Shown: positions 18,576 through 27,750, numbered from the stretch's first letter. The stretch is 32,000 nt of DNA from Synechocystis sp. PCC 6803 substr. PCC-P (GCF_000284455.1 NC_017039.1:990001-1022000); one strand, 5' to 3'. Notes: generated by a model from the letters alone, not told the origin. A program made the numbers and translations.

Positions 18576-19403
18576 TCACTTTTGCTCCGCTGGGACCACT
18601 AAACTTTCCAGAAAAGCGATAAAACGATCTAGCAATAAACCGACAATGCCCACATAAATTAAGGCAATAATGATTTCACTGATCAGGGAGCTGTTATAGG
18701 CATCCCAGATAAAAAAGCCAATGCCCACACCACCAATCAGCATTTCCGCTGCCACGATCGCCAACCAGGAAAGACCAATGCCAATGCGTAGGCCAGTGAA
18801 AATGTAGGGCACTGCTGCCGGGAATAGAATATTGAAAAAGTATTGGCTTTTGGAGAGTTTTAGAACCCGGGAAACATTCCGATAATCCTGGGGAACCTGT
18901 TGAGCTCCCACCGTGGTGTTGATGACGATGGGCCAAATTGCCGTAATGAAAATAACGAAAATGGCCGAAGGCTCTGCTTCCTGCAAAGCCGCCAGAGCAA
19001 TGGGCAACCAGGCCAAGGGAGGAATGGTTCTTAGAACCTGAAAAATTGGATCGAGGGCATCATACATAAATTTGCTACTACCAATTAAGATGCCTAGGGC
19101 AATGCCCACCACCGCCGCCGCACTGAAGCCCACTGCCACCCTGGTTAAACTGGCAAAAATTTGGATGCCTAAACCCTTGTCTGTGCCACCATTGTCAAAA
19201 AAGGGATTGAGAATTAAAGGATAGGTTTGTTCTAAGACCTGCACGGGACTGGGCAGATTAGAACCTTCTCCGGAGCAGAGAATCTGCCAAACCACCAACA
19301 AAACGGCGATCGCCACGGCGGGACGAATAACCTTGGGACTGTAAATGAAACTGAGGGGATTTTTCTTGCGGCGGGGACGGAGCCCAGCGGTGGAACTAGC
19401 CAT
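18576..19403 (-). CDS. nrtB: nitrate ABC transporter permease NrtB
   Basis: Polytopic permease with a binding-protein-dependent transport inner-membrane fold. The ATG at 19403 (MASSTAGLRPRRKK) is preferred over the tracked TTG at 19439. Confidence 0.9.
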   Translation of the reverse strand: MASSTAGLRPRRKKNPLSFIYSPKVIRPAVAIAVLLVVWQILCSGEGSNLPSPVQVLEQTYPLILNPFFDNGGTDKGLGIQIFASLTRVAVGFSAAAVVGIALGILIGSSKFMYDALDPIFQVLRTIPPLAWLPIALAALQEAEPSAIFVIFITAIWPIVINTTVGAQQVPQDYRNVSRVLKLSKSQYFFNILFPAAVPYIFTGLRIGIGLSWLAIVAAEMLIGGVGIGFFIWDAYNSSLISEIIIALIYVGIVGLLLDRFIAFLESLVVPAEQK

Positions 19404-19488
19404 AATTTTTACCAAAAATAGTTGATTGAACTGCAGCAATTACAAAAGTCAAGGGGGTACTTTTCCCCAGGGGGCAAATCACTGGGAA

Positions 19489-20829
19489 CTAAGCTTTAAT
19501 AGACTTAATTTTCAAGCTGTCCAGATAGGCCTGGGGATTTTCTGGATCGAAGGTTATGCCGTCAAAGAAAGTCTCAATTCCCCGGGAAGGACTACTGGGA
19601 ATTTGATCTGCTGGTACCTCCAACGCCTGGGCTGCTTCTCGCCATAGATCTTCACGATTGACTTTATCCACAATGGCTTTGGTGTCCGTACTCGCTGGCA
19701 AATAGCCCCAGCGAATATTCTCAGTTAAAAACCATTGGTCATGACTTTTATAGGGATAGGAAGCATTATCGACCCAATATTTCTGCATAATTTCTTGATC
19801 TTCAAAGGTTTCTTGGCCATTGCCGAAGTTATAAATACCTTTGGAGCGGTCAATAATATCTTCAAAGGGAACTTTAAACCATTCCCGTTTAGAGAGAATT
19901 TGACACATTTCTTCCTTATTCTCTGCCTGGTCACACCATTGCTGGGCTTCCATCACCGCCATTAACAACGCTTTAGCAGCTTTGGGATTCTGATCTACCC
20001 AATCGGCCCGCATGCCAAACGCTTTTTCGGGATGATCCTTCCAAAGTTGACCAGTGGTTAATGCCTGATAGCCGACTCCTTGGTTAACAGTTTGTAAAGG
20101 CCATGGTTCACCAACACAGAAAGATTCCATGGCGTTAACTTTAACGTTGGCCACCATTTGGGCGGGGGGAACCACAATGGTAGAAAAATCTTTACCTGGT
20201 TCCATGCCTCCAGCGGCTAACCAGTAGCGAATCCACATGTCGTGGGTGCCGCCAGGAAAAGTCATGGCCACTTTAGGATCCGTTACTTTGGCAAAGGCTT
20301 CTTTGAGGGGAGCAGCGTCGGTACCCACTTTTAAGTCTTTATAATTATTGCCCAACTGAATGCCTTGGCCATTGACATTTAAGCGGGCCAAAATGTACAT
20401 CGGGGTTGGTTTTCCATCGGTTACAGTGCCCATGGTAATGAGGTAAGGCATGGGGGTAAGAATATGGGCCCCATCAATACCGCCACTGGCGGAACCCAAT
20501 ACGAGGTTATCTCTGGTAGTACCCCAGGAAGCCTGCTTCAACACTTCCACATCCGGCATGCCATATTTGGCGTAAAAACCCTTTTCCTTGGCAATAATCA
20601 ACGGGGCAGCATCGGTTAGGGCAATAAAACCCAATTTGGCGGTGGTTACTTCCGGGGCATTCTCCCCCTCGACTAAAGGACTAATGGCTTGATCCGTGCT
20701 GGACCCTGTACCCGTCCCGGTGGATGTGGTGGTGGGGGAAGTACAACCATGGAGAACCACTCCTCCAATAGCGGCGGCCCCTGCGGTAAACATGAACTTG
20801 CGTCGGGTGCTTCGGGAAAAATTACTCAT
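19489..20829 (-). CDS. nrtA: nitrate/nitrite ABC transporter substrate-binding lipoprotein NrtA
   Basis: From the ATG at 20829 the product starts MSNFSRSTRRKFMFTAGAAAIGGVVLHGC. That gives a twin-arginine signal plus a lipobox cysteine, followed by the NrtA/CmpA-type periplasmic binding domain. The tracked start at 20862 is probably too long. Confidence 0.9.
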   Translation of the reverse strand: MSNFSRSTRRKFMFTAGAAAIGGVVLHGCTSPTTTSTGTGTGSSTDQAISPLVEGENAPEVTTAKLGFIALTDAAPLIIAKEKGFYAKYGMPDVEVLKQASWGTTRDNLVLGSASGGIDGAHILTPMPYLITMGTVTDGKPTPMYILARLNVNGQGIQLGNNYKDLKVGTDAAPLKEAFAKVTDPKVAMTFPGGTHDMWIRYWLAAGGMEPGKDFSTIVVPPAQMVANVKVNAMESFCVGEPWPLQTVNQGVGYQALTTGQLWKDHPEKAFGMRADWVDQNPKAAKALLMAVMEAQQWCDQAENKEEMCQILSKREWFKVPFEDIIDRSKGIYNFGNGQETFEDQEIMQKYWVDNASYPYKSHDQWFLTENIRWGYLPASTDTKAIVDKVNREDLWREAAQALEVPADQIPSSPSRGIETFFDGITFDPENPQAYLDSLKIKSIKA

Positions 20830-20899
20830 AGTGTAGGCAATAACTAAGGCCAGAAAGGGCAACTGCTGACGATCACATTCCTAGACTGGATTTTTTCCT

Positions 20900-20915
20900 T
20901 GTAAATATTTGTATA
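20900..20915 (-). promoter_or_regulatory. candidate NtcA-binding site (TGTA-N8-TATA) upstream of nrtA
   Basis: The plus strand reads tgtaaatatttgtata, one mismatch from the palindromic NtcA consensus TGTA-N8-TACA. A second weaker overlapping site, gtatagtttgtaac, lies at 20911-20924. The site is about 70 nt upstream of the nrtA ATG. Possible -10 elements are TGTGAT or TAGGAAT (minus strand, 20872-20883). Confidence 0.4.
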
Positions 20916-20964
20916 GTTTGTAACTAATAATTAATTTTCATGCGATTACTGCATTGGTGCTGGC

Positions 20965-22014
20965 TTATTTTGCATATAACTGCAGTCGATGCCATTGTTG
21001 TTTGACCAGACCGTCGTCAATGAGCTTTTCCGCTTTGGCGATCGCCGTTTCTAGATTGGGAGCATCCGTATGTTGCCAGAGATAAAAAGCACTGTTCCAA
21101 ATTAGGGCTGACCGCAGGGGAGTTTGTTCCCCATTCAAAGTGGCTTGGGCCAACTCAAGATAATCAACCAAATTAGTCCAGACCGGATTTTTCCCCCCCA
21201 GACCAAAATCGGCGGCGTGGAGTCGCAAACGGGTCAGGGCGTTTTCTGCCTTGGTCAAATCGTACAAACCAATGATGGCTGTGCGCTCCTGGGGCAAATC
21301 ACAGCTTCCTTCCAAACCTTTCACTGTGGTGAATGTACTAACGCCTCGTAGACTGAGAGCCTCAGCAATCATATTTTCCGTGGGGGGATGGACAAACCCC
21401 GCCACCACATGGTGTTTACCGGCATAGGGAACCCAAATTAACTCTAGGGTTGCCAGGGGAGGGCGTTTGCCGATTTCTTCCCGGTAAATTACCAACTTCT
21501 GGGCTTCAGGAAAATATTTGGGCAGATAAACAAAACCCACATTAGTTTTTTCTAAAATATCCTGTGTGGCCAACAGAGATGGCGATCGCCAATTCACTCC
21601 TAGCCCTTCCCACAACTCCACCAGGGGAATTCCTTCCTTTGTGGGCATCCGATCACCGCCATGTTGAATTACCGGACAACCCGCCGTTGCCAGCACCAGG
21701 GCTGTGAGAGGTCCCACGGGACAGGTGCGATCTCGGCCATCGTAGGGTTGACTAAGCACAATTACCGTTTGACCAGAGCTAAGGGCAGGAATTTTGGGTC
21801 CCCATTGCTCAAAGGCATCCAGCATCCCTGCCAATTCAGTTCCTGTGGGACGTTTAATACGATGGGCAATCAAAAAAGCACCAATCTGGGCCGGGGTAGC
21901 TTCCTGGGTTAACATCAACTTCATGGCCTGGGCCGATTCTTCCCTGGTCAAATTTTTGCTGGTATGGGGACCACTACCCACTTTTCTTAATAGCTCTCGA
22001 AATTCCTTGCTCAT
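20965..22014 (-). CDS. anthranilate phosphoribosyltransferase-fold protein, TrpD2/YbiB-like (probably non-catalytic paralog)
   Basis: 349 aa, glycosyltransferase family 3 fold. The N-terminus LLRKVGSGPHTSKNLTREES...IGAFLIAHRIKRPT resembles YbiB. The canonical TrpD PRPP motif GTGGD is replaced by SQPYDGRDR. Confidence 0.75.
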   Translation of the reverse strand: MSKEFRELLRKVGSGPHTSKNLTREESAQAMKLMLTQEATPAQIGAFLIAHRIKRPTGTELAGMLDAFEQWGPKIPALSSGQTVIVLSQPYDGRDRTCPVGPLTALVLATAGCPVIQHGGDRMPTKEGIPLVELWEGLGVNWRSPSLLATQDILEKTNVGFVYLPKYFPEAQKLVIYREEIGKRPPLATLELIWVPYAGKHHVVAGFVHPPTENMIAEALSLRGVSTFTTVKGLEGSCDLPQERTAIIGLYDLTKAENALTRLRLHAADFGLGGKNPVWTNLVDYLELAQATLNGEQTPLRSALIWNSAFYLWQHTDAPNLETAIAKAEKLIDDGLVKQQWHRLQLYAK

Positions 22015-22155
22015 AGTTCCGCAAAAATGGGCAGTTTAGGTGTGCTTCGCAAAGATTTTTTATAGCTTTTTACCCAGGGGACAAAGGTGATTTTGGCTAC
22101 CGATCAACTTTTGCAAGGCTGGAAAACTCTTGGGCACGAAAAAACAGAGTATTTA

Positions 22156-22163
22156 TGTACAAT
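22156..22163 (+). promoter_or_regulatory. candidate extended -10 element TGTACAAT upstream of the histidine phosphatase gene
   Basis: Exact TGnTACAAT-type string about 67 nt upstream of the ATG at 22230, in the divergent intergenic region. Confidence 0.3.
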
Positions 22164-22229
22164 GGGAGCAGGCAGAGCCAAGCTCTCACTCCTCTGTAAT
22201 CTTTAATATTGTTGCTTTTCAACTCGGCC

Positions 22230-22874
22230 ATGGCCCTCAAACTTTATTTCCTGCGCCACGCACAAACCGCCTACAGTGCCACCGGAGGCTATTGTGGTAC
22301 CCCGGAAAATGACCCTGGCTTGACCCCAGAAGGAATTTTAATGGCCAAGGAATTTGCTGAAGCCTACGCCCAACACCCCTGGCAAGCAGTTTATGTTAGC
22401 CCTTTGCAACGGGCCCGCCAAACAGTCCAACCCCTATGCGATCGCCTAGGTATTGAAATGCAGATCCGCCCTGGCCTAAGGGAAGTGGCCTATGGAGAAT
22501 GGGAAGGACTCCATCCCGACGAAGTTTACCAAAGGGACCACGACCTTTATATGCAATGGCTCACCGATCCAGCTTGGAACTCTCCCCCCGGTGGAGAAAG
22601 GGGCATTGACATCGCCCGCCGGGGCACTAGGGTGCTAGAGGAAATTGAAGACCGCTTCGATGATGGCAATGTGTTGTTGGTTTCTCACAAAGCCACCATC
22701 CGCATCCTACTCTGCTGCCTCCTGGGCATCGACGTAGGTCGTTACCGAGACCGTTTTGCCATGCCCGTCACCGGACTGAGCGTGGTGGAATTATCTTCCC
22801 GGGGACCGCTCTTTCACTGTATTGCGGAACGGTCTCACCTCAGCCCCTATTTACGTAGTTTGCCCAGCACCTAG
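22230..22874 (+). CDS. histidine phosphatase family protein (phosphoglycerate mutase-like)
   Basis: LYFLRHAQT is the RHG-type catalytic motif, and VSHKATIR carries the second catalytic His. The ATG at 22230 is preferred over the tracked TTG at 22209. Confidence 0.85.
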   Translation: MALKLYFLRHAQTAYSATGGYCGTPENDPGLTPEGILMAKEFAEAYAQHPWQAVYVSPLQRARQTVQPLCDRLGIEMQIRPGLREVAYGEWEGLHPDEVYQRDHDLYMQWLTDPAWNSPPGGERGIDIARRGTRVLEEIEDRFDDGNVLLVSHKATIRILLCCLLGIDVGRYRDRFAMPVTGLSVVELSSRGPLFHCIAERSHLSPYLRSLPST

Positions 22875-23203
22875 AGACGGGTAATGCTTACGGGAACCCG
22901 GCCTTTGCGGGGGTTAGCAATTTGTTGGAAAGCAGAACGGCTGAGGTCGATGGAGCAGTTACAACGGTCACTCACCGTCACTACGACCGATTTCCCCGTA
23001 CGGCGATTGGTTACCCTAACTCTGGTTCCTAGGGGCAGACTGGGGTGGGCTGCCACCATGCGACCGTGGTTATAGACTTGGCCGTTGGCCATCTTCCGCC
23101 CTACAAACTGATTGCCATAGAAAGTGGCGGATTGGGCCATCACCGGCAAAGGCAATACCAAGGGAATTAGTAGGCTAGCAAACAAAAAGCGCAAATCGAT
23201 CAA
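22871..23203 (-). CDS. RlpA-like double-psi beta-barrel (DPBB) lipoprotein/secreted protein, minimal form
   Basis: 110 aa. A signal peptide (LLIPLVLPLPVMA) is followed by ATFYGNQFVGRKMANGQVYN...AAHPSLPLGTRVRVTN..GKSVVVTVSDR, typical of the RlpA DPBB domain. No SPOR domain is present. Confidence 0.8.
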   Translation of the reverse strand: MIDLRFLFASLLIPLVLPLPVMAQSATFYGNQFVGRKMANGQVYNHGRMVAAHPSLPLGTRVRVTNRRTGKSVVVTVSDRCNCSIDLSRSAFQQIANPRKGRVPVSITRL

Positions 23204-23273
23204 CCTCTTTAGTTTGAGACAACAATTAGAGGTTAGTAGTGTAGCCTAAGAGACTTTCTTGGTCAAATTATTT

Positions 23274-23300
23274 GGTTCCCACCAGTAATCCTGGGGAACC
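23274..23300 (-). terminator. hairpin immediately after the ftsZ stop codon (possible attenuating terminator or RNA stabiliser)
   Basis: The minus-strand RNA reads UAG-GUUCCC-CAGGAUUACUGGU-GGGAACC-AAAUAAUUUG. The stem is 7 bp (ggttccc 23274-23280 paired with gggaacc 23294-23300), with an inner 3-bp extension. The trailing tract is A/U-rich but is not a clean U-run. Confidence 0.3.
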
Positions 23301-24592
23301 TAACGGCGGGGAAAACGCCGCTTCTGGAGAAAATCAGGAATGTCTAACTCCGGGGCCATGGGAATTTCCCCTAGGGGATCTTCTGGTGTTGTTGTTGATG
23401 GCACTGTCTCCACTCCGGCAGGGGGGCCGCTGAGCACAGGTTTGCTGCTGGTTTTTGCTTGGGGTTTTTCTTTTTCACCGTTGAAGCCCGTGGCAATGAC
23501 GGTAATTCTCATTTCTCCCTGCAGGCGATCGTCAATCACCGCTCCAAAGATGATGTTGGCATCGGCATCCACCACTTCATAGATAATTTCAGCCGCAACA
23601 TTAACTTCGTGCAGGGTCAGATCGGTTCCACCAGTGACATTAAATACGACTCCTTTAGCTCCCTGGATAGAAGATTCCAACAAAGGAGAGGAAATGGCCG
23701 CCGTGGCCGCCTCCTTGGCCCGGGACTTGCCGGAACCCACCCCAATGCCCATTAATGCGGAGCCAGCATCGGCCATCACCGCCCGCACGTCCGCAAAGTC
23801 CACATTCACCAAACCGGGGATGATGATAATGTCGGAAATACCCTGTACCCCCTGGCGCAGAATATCATCGGCTACCCGAAAAGCTTCCTGGAGAGGAGTT
23901 TCGGCGGGAATAACCGACAAAAGTTGGTTATTAGGAATCACAATTAGGGTATCGACCCGCGATTGGAGAGCATTAATGCCTTCCTCAGCTTGCTTAGCCC
24001 GTCGTCGGCCTTCAAAGGTAAATGGACGGGTGACAATGCCCACCGTCAAACAGCCCATTTCTTTGGCCACCTCGGCCACAATGGGAGCTGCTCCAGTGCC
24101 AGTGCCGCCCCCCATGCCCGCAGTAATAAAGACCAAATCCGTACCCTCAAGGGAACGGGCAATTTCATCCCGGGATTCCTCCGCCGCTTTTTGCCCGATC
24201 GCCGGATTACCACCGGCCCCCAAACCCCTGGTGAGTTTTTGGCCAATTTGAATACAATCCGGGGCGTTCGTATTAGTTAATGCCTGGGAATCGGTATTAA
24301 TTGCCCAAAAGTCGATGCCCGTCACCCCACTGGCAATCATACGGTTGACAGCATTGCAACCGCCTCCCCCAACGCCGATCACTTTAATTTTGGCAATGTT
24401 ACTAGGCACAATCTGATCCCTTTTTAGGTTAGGACTAGGGCTGGCAAAAGTAGGTGTTTCTACCAAAGCCTCCAACGGTTCATTGTCAACGATGGAGGAC
24501 GAAAATAAATCATCTAACCCCTCCGTTCCATCATTGAGACCACTACCGGTAAAACCTATGTTATTTAGGGGTAAATCATTATTGAGCGTCAT
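23300..24592 (-). CDS. ftsZ: cell division GTPase FtsZ
   Basis: Tubulin signature [25 protein letters not shown], a cyanobacterial N-terminal extension and the conserved C-terminal peptide [10 protein letters not shown]. Confidence 0.97.
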   Translation of the reverse strand: MTLNNDLPLNNIGFTGSGLNDGTEGLDDLFSSSIVDNEPLEALVETPTFASPSPNLKRDQIVPSNIAKIKVIGVGGGGCNAVNRMIASGVTGIDFWAINTDSQALTNTNAPDCIQIGQKLTRGLGAGGNPAIGQKAAEESRDEIARSLEGTDLVFITAGMGGGTGTGAAPIVAEVAKEMGCLTVGIVTRPFTFEGRRRAKQAEEGINALQSRVDTLIVIPNNQLLSVIPAETPLQEAFRVADDILRQGVQGISDIIIIPGLVNVDFADVRAVMADAGSALMGIGVGSGKSRAKEAATAAISSPLLESSIQGAKGVVFNVTGGTDLTLHEVNVAAEIIYEVVDADANIIFGAVIDDRLQGEMRITVIATGFNGEKEKPQAKTSSKPVLSGPPAGVETVPSTTTPEDPLGEIPMAPELDIPDFLQKRRFPRR

Positions 24593-24841
24593 TGCAGGGG
24601 GGAAGTATTAGGGGAGCAAAATGAGCAAATTCTTAGGGCGCAAAAGCAACCACAGGGAGAGCAACGCTTCCGAAGCAGCAGGGTATTGAAGCCTTTTTAC
24701 GACGACAGAGATCCCCTCGCCCAAGCACAAATCCCAGCGGTCTATCGTCCCTACACTAGGCATATTGAGCAAATTTGTCAATGTGAATCTGAGCTTTTTC
24801 CCTCTATCACGGGAGAATGGCTGGAGTGGAGGGTAAAAATA

Positions 24842-25651
24842 TTAGGGTTTGTTGACGGCTGCTTTTTCCTTGGGGGGTTGGGGACGAAGTTGAATGCTGG
24901 GACTGTCTGGATTTGTGAGGTCAATAAATAGTAAACGTTCCTTGGGCACCCGACTGGGCAAATTCTGCATTTTTTCTAAAACCTGTACTTGTTGCCCGAA
25001 GCGAGAGAGGTCAGAACCTATGAAAACTAAACCTAAATCCGTTGTCAGACTTATGTTACTGGGGTTGTTGCCGTTAATAATCCGGATATTGACAGGGGAC
25101 TGTTGAATCAGAATTTGATGGGTTTGCCAAAAACTGCGGTATTGGGGGCCGTAGCCCAAAAATTGCGGGGTTTGGGGCAGGGTTTTTCTGACCGCCTGGC
25201 TGTAGAGGGAGGCAGGAATATAATTTCCTTCCCCGTCTAAATAGCCCGGACCCTGATCCGCCACGGCGATCGCCACCGGTTGTCGTTCCTGTACGGCCAC
25301 ATTTACCTGGGCCGGAAATAACTGTCTAGTGACTTCTACTCTCAGGAGGGCCGGATTTTTTGCCAGTTCATCCCCCAAGGCCTGGGTAGAAAGTTGCCAA
25401 ACCGCCTGGGGATATTCCAGGTCTAAATCTTCGTATAACGTTTCCCTAGAGACTAGCTTATTGCCCAAAAACTCCACTTGGCGATCGGAGCGGATAGACC
25501 ATTCTGGCCAGCTCATCACCCACACCATGCCCCCCGTCAAACCACAAACACAGACAAATTGCCAGCAGGAGCGCAGACGCTTCCAACGCCTCTGCCACAT
25601 CAGTTGTTCCCGGCGATTTTTCAGGGAATCAGACACAACTAAATCCGTCAT
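24842..25651 (-). CDS. ftsQ: cell division protein FtsQ (POTRA domain)
   Basis: 269 aa with a basic cytoplasmic N-terminus, a single TM segment (FVCVCGLTGGMVWVM) and a POTRA/FtsQ-type periplasmic domain. It lies directly upstream of ftsZ. Confidence 0.85.
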   Translation of the reverse strand: MTDLVVSDSLKNRREQLMWQRRWKRLRSCWQFVCVCGLTGGMVWVMSWPEWSIRSDRQVEFLGNKLVSRETLYEDLDLEYPQAVWQLSTQALGDELAKNPALLRVEVTRQLFPAQVNVAVQERQPVAIAVADQGPGYLDGEGNYIPASLYSQAVRKTLPQTPQFLGYGPQYRSFWQTHQILIQQSPVNIRIINGNNPSNISLTTDLGLVFIGSDLSRFGQQVQVLEKMQNLPSRVPKERLLFIDLTNPDSPSIQLRPQPPKEKAAVNKP

Positions 25652-25765
25652 GGGAGTTCAATAACCATCATCTCTGAAATGTTATAACCTAGGAATCAAG
25701 GACTCTAAGCACCGCCCTAGGGTTTATTTTCTTAACTAATCTTCACCAACTGTCCGGTAAATCCC

Positions 25766-27037
25766 ATGTTGAAACAAAAACGCAGTCTGATTTTGGGAAC
25801 TACAGCTCTGTTATTGACAACAGTGGCGGTGACGGGGGTTGGGTTGCGATTGGCCCGCTCCCAGGGCTACCTACAGGATAATCCCAAGGAGCTGGTTGAC
25901 GAAGTTTGGCAGATTGTCAACCGCACCTATGTAGATGGTACTTTCAACGGTGAGGATTGGGTAGCGGTTCGCCAGGATTATCTAACACGGGACTACAAAA
26001 ACCAGGAAGAAGCCTACACCGCCATTCGGGAAATGCTGGAGAAGCTAAATGACCCCTACACTCGCTTCATGTCCCCCGATGAGTTTCAATCAATGCGTAT
26101 CGACACTTCCGGTGAATTGACCGGGGTGGGTATTCAAATCACCCAGGACCAGGATACGAAGAAAATTGTGGTGGTGGCTCCCATCGAAGATACCCCCGCC
26201 TACAACGCTGGCATTCTTTCTAAGGACGTAATTACCAAGATTGACGGTAAGTCCACCGATGGCATGGAAGTAGATGACGCAGTGAAGTTAATTCGGGGTA
26301 AGCCCGGCACCAGTGTGGTGCTCACTATTGAGCGGGAAGGGCAGGCGATCGAATATCCTTTGACCCGGACTTTAATTGAAATTCATCCAGTGCGGGCCCA
26401 AGTGGAAGATATTAATGGTGCCAGGGTTGGTTATATCCGTTTAAATCAATTCAGTGCCCAGGCTTCGGAGGAAATGCGCCAAGCAGTGCAGAAATTGGAA
26501 AAAGAGAATGTGGTGGGCTACATTTTCGACCTGCGTTCCAATCCCGGTGGTTTGCTTTATTCCAGTGTGGATATTGCTCGCATTTGGTTGGATGAAGGGG
26601 GCATTGTGTCCACCGTCGATCGCCGAGGGGAAGTGGAACAACAAAGTGCTAACAAGCGGCAGTTGAGTAACCGTCCCCTAGTGGTGTTGGTGGATGGTGG
26701 TTCCGCCAGTGCCAGTGAAATCGTCTCCGGGGCCTTACAGGATAATCAACGGGCCGTCATTGTGGGCACCAAAACCTTTGGTAAGGGATTAGTACAATCG
26801 GTGCGGGAATTGGGGGATGGTTCCGGTATGGCAGTGACGATCGCCAAATATTTAACCCCCAACGGTCGGGACATCAATAAACATGGCATCGACCCCGATG
26901 TGGAAGTAGAACTCACCGACGCCCAGCGGAAGGAATTGCAACAAAATCGGGAAAAAGTAGGCACCCTGGAAGACCCCCAATTTGCCAGGGCCTATGAAGT
27001 GCTAATGCAACAGGTGAACAAAACCGCTTCTAAGTAG
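25766..27037 (+). CDS. ctpC: S41 carboxyl-terminal processing protease (Ctp family)
   Basis: Signal/TM N-terminus, PDZ region (GVGIQI...AGIL..DVITKIDG) and the S41 catalytic region LRSNPGGLL...GSASASEI...TFGKG. The ctpC symbol comes from my memory of this neighbourhood in Synechocystis and is less certain than the family call. Confidence 0.85.
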   Translation: MLKQKRSLILGTTALLLTTVAVTGVGLRLARSQGYLQDNPKELVDEVWQIVNRTYVDGTFNGEDWVAVRQDYLTRDYKNQEEAYTAIREMLEKLNDPYTRFMSPDEFQSMRIDTSGELTGVGIQITQDQDTKKIVVVAPIEDTPAYNAGILSKDVITKIDGKSTDGMEVDDAVKLIRGKPGTSVVLTIEREGQAIEYPLTRTLIEIHPVRAQVEDINGARVGYIRLNQFSAQASEEMRQAVQKLEKENVVGYIFDLRSNPGGLLYSSVDIARIWLDEGGIVSTVDRRGEVEQQSANKRQLSNRPLVVLVDGGSASASEIVSGALQDNQRAVIVGTKTFGKGLVQSVRELGDGSGMAVTIAKYLTPNGRDINKHGIDPDVEVELTDAQRKELQQNREKVGTLEDPQFARAYEVLMQQVNKTASK

Positions 27038-27058
27038 CTTAAGTAGGTTGAACGAGCT

Positions 27059-27066
27059 TGTACAAT
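27059..27066 (+). promoter_or_regulatory. candidate extended -10 element TGTACAAT upstream of Uma2 paralog 2
   Basis: Exact TGTACAAT 19 nt upstream of the ATG at 27085, which implies a very short leader. Confidence 0.3.
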
Positions 27067-27084
27067 TTCATTCGGTAAAAGTCT

Positions 27085-27750
27085 ATGGTTCAAACTGCCC
27101 TACTTCCCCTCGACTTTCCCGATCTATATCCGGAATCCGACGGTAAACCCATGGCTGACAATACCCTGCAGTATCACTGGATTGTCCGTTTGGTGACCAA
27201 TCTTAAGCATTTATTTCAGGGCAAAACAGTCTTTGTAGCGGGGGATTTACTTTGGTATCCCGAACAAGTGGCCAGTCCCCCCGCACCCTGCCAGGCACCC
27301 GATGCCATGGTGGTTCTGGGAAGACCTGATGGGGAACGACACAGTTACAAACAATGGGAAGAAGACCATATTGCTCCCCAGGTAGTATTTGAAATTCTTT
27401 CCGAGAGTAACAGTGCCAGGGAAATGCTCCATAAGCAAACGTTTTATCGGCGGTATGGAGTATTAGAGATGTTCTTTTACGATCCAGAGTCCTATGACTT
27501 TTGGGGTCAGGCGCGTTCCCACCCAGATGCAGAATTTAAAACCATCACCCTGCTCAATTTTCCCTGGACTTCTCCAACCCTAGGAATTCGCTTTGAAATG
27601 TTTGCCGATGGCTTGAAACTGTTTTTCCCCAACGGAGAGCCATTTAAAGATCCAGAAACCCTTTTTGAAGAAAGGGATCAGGCTCAACAGGAAAGAGACC
27701 GAGCTTTTGCTAAATTGCGGGAATTGGGTATTGACCCTTCTACCCTGTAA
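27085..27750 (+). CDS. Uma2 family (DUF820) PD-(D/E)xK nuclease-like protein, paralog 2
   Basis: 221 aa. Motifs: PESDGKPMADNT, VAGDLLWYP, APDAMV, VVFEILSESN and the tail KLRELGIDPSTL. By eye it is roughly half identical to the ORF at 3076-3738. Confidence 0.85.
   Translation: MVQTALLPLDFPDLYPESDGKPMADNTLQYHWIVRLVTNLKHLFQGKTVFVAGDLLWYPEQVASPPAPCQAPDAMVVLGRPDGERHSYKQWEEDHIAPQVVFEILSESNSAREMLHKQTFYRRYGVLEMFFYDPESYDFWGQARSHPDAEFKTITLLNFPWTSPTLGIRFEMFADGLKLFFPNGEPFKDPETLFEERDQAQQERDRAFAKLRELGIDPSTL

Noticed and set aside
22151-22162. gtatttatgtac, which resembles an NtcA site in the divergent region upstream of the TrpD2-like gene.
   Set aside because: The spacing is GTA-N6-TAC, not the N8 that NtcA requires.
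23634-24251. 205-aa ORF on the plus strand, antisense to ftsZ. Other long plus-strand ORFs overlap it at 23340-23582, 23459-23755 and 23963-24280.
   Set aside because: It lies entirely inside the unambiguous ftsZ CDS. The product is Ala/Pro/Ser/Arg-rich low-complexity sequence, typical of shadow frames in a GC-rich, Gly/Ala-rich gene.
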